From the NCBI GenBank assembly GCA_963707025.1, contig CAVPOM010000017.1, positions 128,001 through 192,000 of the forward strand: a DNA stretch of 64,000 bases. The letters run 5' to 3'. Position 1 is the stretch's first letter, and every line of letters begins with the position of its first letter. The notes beneath the pieces were generated by a model. The model was not told the origin of the DNA, ran no database searches, and saw only the letters and a list, made by a program, of their open reading frames with translations. Source of the DNA: an uncultured Verrucomicrobiae bacterium (GTDB taxonomy: Bacteria; Verrucomicrobiota; Verrucomicrobiia; Limisphaerales; Palsa-1400). Below are positions 53,653-61,415 of the stretch, piece by piece. The translations under genes were made by a program, and so were the position numbers.

Positions 53653-55779
53653 TCAAGTTTTCAGACTGGCCTCCAGCAATGGCGCCCTCACCGGCGGCAA
53701 CTCCGGCTTCACGTGCAGCAGCGATTTGAGCCGTTCGCGGTAAAATGGACTGGCCGACGACAGGATCAAGAACGGCAGCAGCACCGCGAAATGGAAGGCC
53801 GCCACCAGGAGAACGGGAGCAAACAATACGCTCCAGTCAATCCGCCCGCTTGAGCCTATCATCTCTATTAAAAAGAAAGGCAAGCCGATCAGCACCCAGA
53901 GAACGGCCGGCAGGACGAGCAGCCAGATATAAAGTCCGAGCGGACGGTAACGACCGCGGCAAATCAGGCCGGCAAGACTCAGCGCCACCGAACTGACCAG
54001 AACGCACAGGGCCAGCGCCACGGCGACTGGAAACGCTTCGTCCGTGGAACTCCAGTCTTGCCGCGCGACAAAGGCCAGCCCGCTGAAACCCGTCAAGACG
54101 GACAGGATGCACAGAAAAGTGACGAACCGATGTTGCCGCCGCAGATAATTTGACAGAAGCCAGACTGCGGCCAGACCAACCGCCAGCGCGGCGATGACAT
54201 CCAGGAAAAAATTCGTTCCCGGTGGCAGGATGTCCGGCGGCGCCAGGGTCAGCGCGATCAGGCATCCGAGCGGCAGCCAGATCAACCACGCGGCGCCACA
54301 ACGATTGGGTTTGAAGGCGAGCAACCCCAGGATGGCCAGCCACGGCAGCAACAGCGGCGCAAAACCGGGCAGCACCCAGTCGTAGGCGACCTGCGGCCCT
54401 TCCTTCGCGCCCAGCGCACCGAGGTCCGACGAAGCCACAATGGCCAGTTTGCCGCCGGCGGTGAGAGGCACTCGCCACGAGTGCGAACAGGTCCCGCCTC
54501 AGCCAAACTCAAAATCGCCCGTCGCAATTTTCTTTTCCCCGCAGTAAATCGCGAAGGCCGGCGGCTTGGAGCGGTCTTGCGCCGCCATTTGGTAAGATTC
54601 GCGGCCCGCGCCCACCAGGAGATAATCCAGCCGCAAATCCTGCCCGTGGCGGCTGGCGCTGACGGTATTGGTCAACGGCCCGCCCACGTTCAACACCAGC
54701 GGGGTCTTGCCGTCCACCGCCATTTGCCCGAGGCTCTGCGTCTGGTTGGCACTGCGGAAGGCCGCGGCCCCGTTTTTTTCGAGCTGGATCTCAAGCTGGT
54801 TGTAGCTGCCGGTCGGAATTTTGACCAGGCCTGCCGGCTGATCGAGCATCACCAGATACGGCCCGCCGCTCAGAACCAGGCGGCCGATCAATTGGCCGGT
54901 GATTTTCACTTCGCCCAGCGCGACGGATTGCTCGGTGAATTGGAGCGTCGGCCTGGCTTCGCCGTTTTCCGAACCTGCGGTCCACTCCAGTTGATAGGCG
55001 TGGCCATCCACGAAAACTTTCCGCGAAGGGGGAACAGGAACACTGGCGAGCAAACCGTCGCCCGCGTTGAACGCCTGGGCTCGCTTTTCCCAGGGGCGCA
55101 GCAGCAACCGGCTGTTCTGCAACAAGCCCGACGGGCCCCAGATATTTTGCACGATGCCCACCTGCCAGTCCCGCCCTTGCAAGGTCATTTTGCCTTGCCA
55201 GAACGAGCGCACCGCCGCGGAACAGACAAGTTGCGAAGGCGGACCATAGTCATAGAAGTTGAGGTCCGCCAGCACCCGCCACCTGCCGGCAGGGGTGTTG
55301 AAAAGCAGGTGGACGTTCGTGAAGCCCTGATAATTTGCCGGCCCCGTCGCGCCGGCCAAAAACACGCCGGAGGGATCGTCGGTCAAATCCTGGTTGCGAT
55401 TGAGGTCCAGGTAAAGTTTGCGCGCGTCGCGCTGCCAGAGAAAGGCAATGGCATTGCCCGCATCGCCCGCGAAATTCAAAGCGCCGCGAGCGATTTTGCC
55501 CGAAAGCGCCGCCGGCTCCTTTTTGAAAGGCATGGATTGCGTCCCCAGGCCAACGCCCCAGTTGTTGACGCTATAGGCTGTTTCCTGATATTCCAGCGAA
55601 GCCACCGTCGCGTTTGAGGAGGGGGAACCGGCCGGCGCGCCCTCCGCCGCGAGAAGAACAGCTCCCGGCCAAAATACCGCCATCAGCGTCCACGTCAGCC
55701 GGGCCACCCGGACGTTTCCAAGGCACCGCCAAGATAAACCATCAGTCCTTTGCTTTGCCATTAGACATTTCATTAGCAC
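53653..55779 (-). CDS. Putative selenoprotein A: exported domain + FEFG-U-GGTC + multi-TM C-terminal domain; Sec at 54499-54501
   Basis: ORFs 54499-55779 and 53653-54471 are in the same frame, separated only by TGA-GGTCSHSWR; KLYLDLNRNQDL shared with paralogs; exact start uncertain. Confidence 0.85.
54468..54484 (-). promoter_or_regulatory. SECIS-like hairpin 3
   Basis: Minus strand GCACTC-GTGGC-GAGTGC, loop at +21. Confidence 0.8.
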
Positions 55780-55892
55780 ATCTAAACACCTGTTTCAACA
55801 GAAATCTGTAAATATAAAAATCTGTAATGGTCCAAAGTGTTCGCCGATCCAGAATCGAAGGTGTAAAAGTTTTGGTTCGGCCTTGCTTCCAG

Positions 55893-56026
55893 GGCGGTTT
55901 AAGAAATTGTGCAGCCCTAAACGAGGGTGGTAGGGCGCGCACTCCGTGCGCGCCGCGGCGGGTCCCGATAATTCGGGACCCGCCCTTGCCGTGCAATGCG
56001 GCTGCAGTATTTGTGAAACGGCTCCA
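55893..56026 (+). repeat. ~135-bp REP-containing MITE-like element, copy 2 (direct orientation)
   Basis: Closely matches 44951-45085, including an identical central REP and hairpin. Confidence 0.88.
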
Positions 56027-56079
56027 GCCGGAAGCGGATGCGGTCAATGGGTGCCCCTCCAGCCATACGGTTCATCAAC

Positions 56080-58083
56080 TCATTGCCGCTCGGCGATGGA
56101 CTGGAGAATTCCCCCCACGACTTCGCCCTTGGGCTTGGCGCCCTGGTTGCCTTTGCCGTGGACGCGCACGCTCACCTGGCCGGCCTCCAGGTCGCGCTGG
56201 CCGATCACCAGCATGGTGTGGACTTTGGCCTCCTCGGCCCGCTGGATCTTGCCGTTGATTTTGTCGGTGCCGAAATCGCCCTCCGCCCGGACTTGCTTGG
56301 CGCGCAGTTCGGCGATGATGGACTTGGCATAGGTGACGAGCTTTTCGTCGTCGCCGATGGTCAGGACGCGGACCTGCTCGGGGGCGAGCCACAAGGGGAA
56401 ATTGCCGGCGTAATGCTCGATGAGGAATCCGATGAAACGCTCGTGCGTGCCCAGCGGGGCGCGATGGATGCAGAGCGGCGTCTTGTCGGTGTTGTCCTTG
56501 TCGCGGTAGGTGAGGCCGAATCTGGCGGGGACGGCGAAATCCACCTGGTTGGTGGCGAGGGTGAATTCGCGGCCAATGACGCTCCAGACCTGCACGTCAA
56601 TTTTCGGCCCGTAAAAGGCGGCTTCGTTGGGCACCTCGACGTACGGGATGCCGCTGTTTTTAAGCACGTCGCGCACCATGTTCTCGGTCTGAATCCAGAG
56701 GGCCGGTTCGTTGACGAATTTCTGGCCGAGCTTGGCCGGGTCGTGCGTGCTGAAGCGCATGACGTGTTTCTCGATGCCGAAAATCTTGAAATACTTGAGA
56801 TACAATTCGTTGACGGCGTTGAACTCCTGCGCGAATTGTTCCGGGGTGCAGTAAATGTGGGCGTCGTTCATGTTCAACATGCGCACGCGCATCAGGCCGA
56901 ACAACTCGCCCGATTGTTCGTAGCGATAGTTCGTGCCATATTCCGCCAGGCGCAACGGCAGATCCCGGTAACTCCGCGGCTCCGCCGCAAAAATGCGGTG
57001 GTGGTGCGGGCAGTTCATGGCTTTGAGGTAATAGACTTCGCCTGTTGCCAACTGTGCTTCCAATCTGAGCCGTTCTGTATTCTCCTTGTTAATGGCGCGA
57101 CCACGGTCACTAAGAAAGGCTTCGGATTGTTCACGATTTTCAATTTGCGTCATGTCCTCCCAGAATTTGTTTTCGTTCACACGAATCGCCTGAATCCGAG
57201 ATTGGACATTCGCTTCGTTTTCAATTGGAAGTCTTATCGCAGGAAACATCGAATCTTTGTAAAGAATCGGCAGATGTCCGCTCGTGAGATACATTTTTTC
57301 TTTCGCAATGTGCGGCGTTTTCACGCGCACGTAGCCGGCGGCGAATTCGGTTTCCTTGGCGAGCTTTTCCAACTCCTCCAAAATGGCGGTGCCTTTGGGA
57401 AGCCAGAGCGGGAGGCCGGGGCCGACGTATTCGGCGTCCATGGCGAAGAGGCCCATTTCCTGGCCAATCCTGCGGTGGTCGCGGCGCTTGGCTTCCTCCA
57501 CCATCGCGAAATAGGCCTCCATCTCGGTCTTGTTTTTGAAGGCGGTGCCGTAGATGCGCTGGAGCTGCGGATTTTTTTCGTCGCCTTTGTAGTAGGCGCT
57601 GGCGACGGTGGTGAGCTTGAACGCGCCGATGTTGCCGGTGCGCATGACATGCGGCCCGGCGCACAGGTCCAGAAAATCGCCGTTTTTGAAATAGGTGATC
57701 TGTTCGCCTTCGGGAATGTCCGCCAGGTTGCCGATTTTGAATTTGCTCGGCTGGCCGGGGCGCTCGGCCAGGGCCCCGAGCCGTCCGCTTTCCGCGTCGC
57801 GCAGGGCCTGTTCGCGGGTGACGGTCATCTTCTCGAAAGTGTGGTTGGCCTTGATTTCCTGTTTCATCCCAGCCTCGATTTTCGGGAAATCCTCCGGCGT
57901 GATGCGGTGCGGCAGTTCGACATCATAATAGAAACCGTTTTCGACGGGCGGGCCGGCGGCGAATTGGGCTTCGGGCCAGAGGCGGAGGATGGCGGTGGCC
58001 ATGACATGGGCGCAGGAATGGCGGAGGCGTTCCAAGTCGGTCATCTGCTGGCGGTCGTCGGGCGATTTGTGTTCGTTATCCAT
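56080..58083 (-). CDS. thrS: Threonine--tRNA ligase with an internal insertion
   Basis: LRHSCAHVMA, DLCAGPH, RDHRRIG, KAMNCPHH, YRYEQSG, AFYGPKID, IHRAPLGTHERF. Confidence 0.98.
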   Translation of the reverse strand: MDNEHKSPDDRQQMTDLERLRHSCAHVMATAILRLWPEAQFAAGPPVENGFYYDVELPHRITPEDFPKIEAGMKQEIKANHTFEKMTVTREQALRDAESGRLGALAERPGQPSKFKIGNLADIPEGEQITYFKNGDFLDLCAGPHVMRTGNIGAFKLTTVASAYYKGDEKNPQLQRIYGTAFKNKTEMEAYFAMVEEAKRRDHRRIGQEMGLFAMDAEYVGPGLPLWLPKGTAILEELEKLAKETEFAAGYVRVKTPHIAKEKMYLTSGHLPILYKDSMFPAIRLPIENEANVQSRIQAIRVNENKFWEDMTQIENREQSEAFLSDRGRAINKENTERLRLEAQLATGEVYYLKAMNCPHHHRIFAAEPRSYRDLPLRLAEYGTNYRYEQSGELFGLMRVRMLNMNDAHIYCTPEQFAQEFNAVNELYLKYFKIFGIEKHVMRFSTHDPAKLGQKFVNEPALWIQTENMVRDVLKNSGIPYVEVPNEAAFYGPKIDVQVWSVIGREFTLATNQVDFAVPARFGLTYRDKDNTDKTPLCIHRAPLGTHERFIGFLIEHYAGNFPLWLAPEQVRVLTIGDDEKLVTYAKSIIAELRAKQVRAEGDFGTDKINGKIQRAEEAKVHTMLVIGQRDLEAGQVSVRVHGKGNQGAKPKGEVVGGILQSIAERQ

Positions 58084-58134
58084 AAATAAATTCTAGCGGC
58101 GAATTTCTGCTACGGTCGCAAGATAGACCCAAGC

Positions 58135-58244
58135 GGAGTGCGCCCGTCCTCGGGCGCAGAAAGCTCGGCCTATGCTAACGCGACAAAGTTTTCCACGGCT
58201 CATTTGCACTTTCACGTTGCTGCGCCCGGGGACGGGCGCACTCC
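58135..58244. repeat. Inverted REP pair (REPIN-like)
   Basis: GGAGTGCGCCCGTCCTCGGGCGCAG (58135-58159) and inverted copy at 58220-58244, 24/25 match. Confidence 0.85.
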
Positions 58245-58283
58245 AATTCGCGAAATTCGCGGATTGAACCCTTTTCTGATAAC

Positions 58284-58853
58284 TCAATGCGCTCCCAAAT
58301 TCAAGTCCTTGGTCTGCCCGTTCCATTCCACGGTCACTTTGTTTTGAGTGATGGCGAGGATGCGGACATCGCCGATTTGTTCGTTTTGAGCGCGGATTTG
58401 TCCATTGATGGCCGCTCTCGGATTGTTGGGGTTGTAGAAAATGCCCTGCAGTTTCAACTCGGGAAACGGCAGACCCTCCTTCGCTGAAGCTACGGCGGGC
58501 AGCGGCGCAGGCGCTGGAACCGGAACGCGTTCAACTTGGGCGGCCGCGGGCACAGGCGCCGGAGCCGGGACGGCAGCGGGTTCAACCTTGGGCAGCGGTC
58601 GCATCACCACTACCGGCGGGAGCTCCTTCACTGAAGCGACGAAGGGTTGGGGATTGGCGCGATGCGGAAAGGAACGCCAAACCAACCAGCCTGCCAAGGC
58701 CAACAAAATAAATATGCAAACGCCCCCCAGCGCCGGGACAAGGGAACGGCGGGATTCAGGGGCCGGCTGCATGGCGGCGTGCGGGCCGGGCTTGCGCGGG
58801 CGGTTTTTTTCCGATTGGCTGGCGCGCTTGAGTGCGTCGTTGATCAGGCTCAT
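58284..58853 (-). CDS. GspB/ExeB-like protein
   Basis: MSLINDALKRA, TM, Pro-rich linker, LKLQGIFY..AAING; follows ExeA. Confidence 0.82.
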   Translation of the reverse strand: MSLINDALKRASQSEKNRPRKPGPHAAMQPAPESRRSLVPALGGVCIFILLALAGWLVWRSFPHRANPQPFVASVKELPPVVVMRPLPKVEPAAVPAPAPVPAAAQVERVPVPAPAPLPAVASAKEGLPFPELKLQGIFYNPNNPRAAINGQIRAQNEQIGDVRILAITQNKVTVEWNGQTKDLNLGAH

Positions 58854-59665
58854 ACCTTGATGCGCCCTTCCAATTCGCGGACAGCCGTGCCGACCATGCG
58901 GAAATCAATTTTGTCGCGCTGCTGGACGAAGCCGGCCAGCAGGCATTTGTCGCAGACGGTGTTGATGAGGCGGGGGATGCAGGCGCTGTAGCGGTAAATG
59001 CGCCAGACGGCCGGGCCGGTGAACCGGGGCGCGCCGTTGGCCCCGGAAACTTGCAGGCGGTGCTGGATGTAGCGGCTGATCTCGCCGTGGCGCAGGGGAT
59101 GGAGATGGTAGCGGACGCTGATGCGCTGGCGCAACTGGCGCAGGCCGTGCTCGTTGAGGCGGTCGCGCAATTCGGGCTGGCCCATCAGGACGATTTGCAG
59201 GAGCTTGCGCTCGTCGGTTTCAAGGTTGGAAAGGAGGCGGACCTGTTCGAGCAGTTCGCGGGTGAGGGCCTGGGCTTCGTCAATAATAAGGACGGTGTCC
59301 TTGCCGCGCTCAACCTGCTGGAGGAGGAAGCGGTTGATCGCAGCCAGGGTTTCCAGGCGGTCCATGCCCTGGACCGCCAAACCCAGTTCCATGGCGATGG
59401 CCTTGATGAGCTGGTCGGCGTCGAGCACGGGATTCAGAATGAGGGCGGTGGAGAACTGCGGGCCGAGTTGCTCGAGCAGGGCGCGGCACAGGGTGGTTTT
59501 GCCCGAGCCGACTTCGCCGGTCAACTGGACAAAGCCCTTGCGCTCGCGGATGCCGTACAGCAAATGGTTGAAGGCTTCGCGATGCTTGCCGCTGAAAAAG
59601 AGGAACCGCGGATTCGGCGTAATGGTAAACGGCGGCTCCTTCAGACCGTAATAGTCCAGGTACAC
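58850..59665 (-). CDS. GspA/ExeA-like AAA ATPase
   Basis: MYLDYYGLKEPPF, GEVGSGKTT, IIDEAQ, LLSNLET, GQPEL, IPRLIN. Confidence 0.93.
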   Translation of the reverse strand: MYLDYYGLKEPPFTITPNPRFLFFSGKHREAFNHLLYGIRERKGFVQLTGEVGSGKTTLCRALLEQLGPQFSTALILNPVLDADQLIKAIAMELGLAVQGMDRLETLAAINRFLLQQVERGKDTVLIIDEAQALTRELLEQVRLLSNLETDERKLLQIVLMGQPELRDRLNEHGLRQLRQRISVRYHLHPLRHGEISRYIQHRLQVSGANGAPRFTGPAVWRIYRYSACIPRLINTVCDKCLLAGFVQQRDKIDFRMVGTAVRELEGRIKV

Positions 59666-59735
59666 GGCCTTTACCTAGCCTAAATCGGGCGGCAAGTGAA
59701 GAAAAATGCGAGCAGGGCGGGGGGGGGCTCCTCTT

Positions 59736-59817
59736 AATCTTAATCGTAATCTTAATCTTAATCTCCCCTCGTTTGGGCGAAAAGATTGAGATTAAGATTA
59801 AGATTACGATTAAGATT
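59736..59817. repeat. Perfect 30-bp inverted repeat built from TTAATC hexamers
   Basis: AATCTTAATCGTAATCTTAATCTTAATCTC - 22 nt - GAGATTAAGATTAAGATTACGATTAAGATT. Confidence 0.95.
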
Positions 59818-59862
59818 TGGAGGAACACCACTCTGGACGTTCCTTCCGCCCTCCGTTACCCT

Positions 59863-60691
59863 GTGCCCGTGAATTTGGAAGACCATCTGGGCGACATCCT
59901 GAGCAAGGGCTGCGCCGCCTCCGGTGTGGACGCATCCGCCGCCGCGCGAGCGGCCGGTTTGACTCTGCCCGAGTGGAATGCTTTGGCACAAACCGGCCTG
60001 GCGCCCAAGCCCCTCAATTTTGCCGCGCTCGGCCGCGCCCTCGGCCTGGATGCCGGCAAGCTGCAAGGCATCGCCCAAGGCTGGAAACCGGCCCCGGCCG
60101 ATCTGTCCTTGTGGCGCGAGTTGCGCCAGATCACCACCACCGCCGGCGGCACCACCGTCAACTGCTATCTCGCCTGGGACGAAGTTCTCGCGCGAAGCCG
60201 CGCTGTTTGACACCGGTTGGGAGGCCGCTCCCGTCCTGCAATTGCTGCAGGACAACCATCTGGATTTGCGCCATCTTTTCCTCACCCATCTGCACGAAGA
60301 CCACGTTGCCGCGATGGGGGAGATCCGGGAAAAGTTTCCCAAACTCCATCTCCACACCAATTCCCAAACCGCGCCGGTCCAGCAGCGCAACCGCCCCAAC
60401 GATTTTCTCCACCTCGGCAGCCTGCGCATCACCCATCGCGACACCCCCGGCCACGCCGTGGAAGGTGTCACCTATATTATTGGCAACTGGCCCGACGACG
60501 CGCCCCATGCCGCCGCGGTGGGCGACACCATTTTTGCCGGTTCCATGGGCCGGGGCTACCAATCCTGGGACCTGGCCCGGCAAAAAGTGCGCGAGCAAAT
60601 TTTGTCCCTGCCCGGCGCGACCCTGATCTGCCCCGGCCACGGCCCCCTGACCACCGTTGCCCAGGAAAAGGCCAACAACCCGTTCTTCTGA
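59863..60691 (+). CDS. MBL-fold metallo-hydrolase (glyoxalase II-like) with N-terminal HTH-like region (frameshift ~60190)
   Basis: NLEDHLGDIL..VNCYLAWD in one frame; FDTG, THLHEDH, TPGH, GDTIFAGS, PGHGP, EKANNPFF in the next. Confidence 0.85.
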
Positions 60692-61415
60692 TCCACCCGG
60701 AAGGGACCCAAGCCGTTCCTTCAGGCGCGCAAACCATTCCCACCGAAGAAACGGAGAGCAAGGCAGGCGAGTTCTGCGCCCGGAAACCCGCCTCGCCACC
60801 TTGGGCAGGGCGAAGAATCGGGCTGCTCAACGCGCTGGCGCGAAGCGGAAAGGGGGACGAAGAATTCGTGAGGGAGCGGCAGTTCACGCAAGGCGTGGAG
60901 ACGGCTGCCAGGGGCAAAAGCGCCGGCCATGTGAACAAACTGTCAGCAACTTCCAGCAACTCAAGCTCGCAAAAAAACGACCAGGCCGGAAAATCGGGAC
61001 CAAAGGCGAACTATCATGTTTATGGCCCTATCTGTCCATCAGACGGCCCACCCGACCGCCGCAGCCAGCCCGCAGCAGAGCAGCGAAGCGACGGGCGAAC
61101 CAGCACGTCACACAAGGTCCGACGCGCGGCCAAGAGGCGCGCTTGGACAAGCCTTGCAAAACCCCGGAGGGGCAACGGGAAAAAAGCAACCCGTTCATCT
61201 TCTTTGTGCGGATTGTTCACCTTCCATTGATCAATTAGCATTTGCCCTCATCCCAAACACGGATTGTCCAACCCCTGCCACCCAACGCGGCGGCGTTACA
61301 AACGAGTCACCATAAGCATTGACAATTGAAGCCAGAACCGCTATTAGTGGCGGTATCGTTTCGCCCACCTACCATTTGTTGGGTGAATTTGGTTTGCCAT
61401 TACTCAGACGACGAT

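Noticed and set aside
47216..54501. Genome-wide TGA reassignment (Trp/Gly) as the explanation for in-frame TGAs
   Set aside because: TGA is a normal stop in ligA, thrS, nadD and others, and conserved genes have no internal TGA
57035..57245. Intein in thrS (or in ligA / the RNR homolog)
   Set aside because: Inserts are too short and lack C/S...HN termini
60700..61400. Cobalamin riboswitch or NrdR boxes upstream of the RNR homolog
   Set aside because: No B12-box core found; candidates at 61336 and 61367 match the NrdR consensus poorly; region left unexplained
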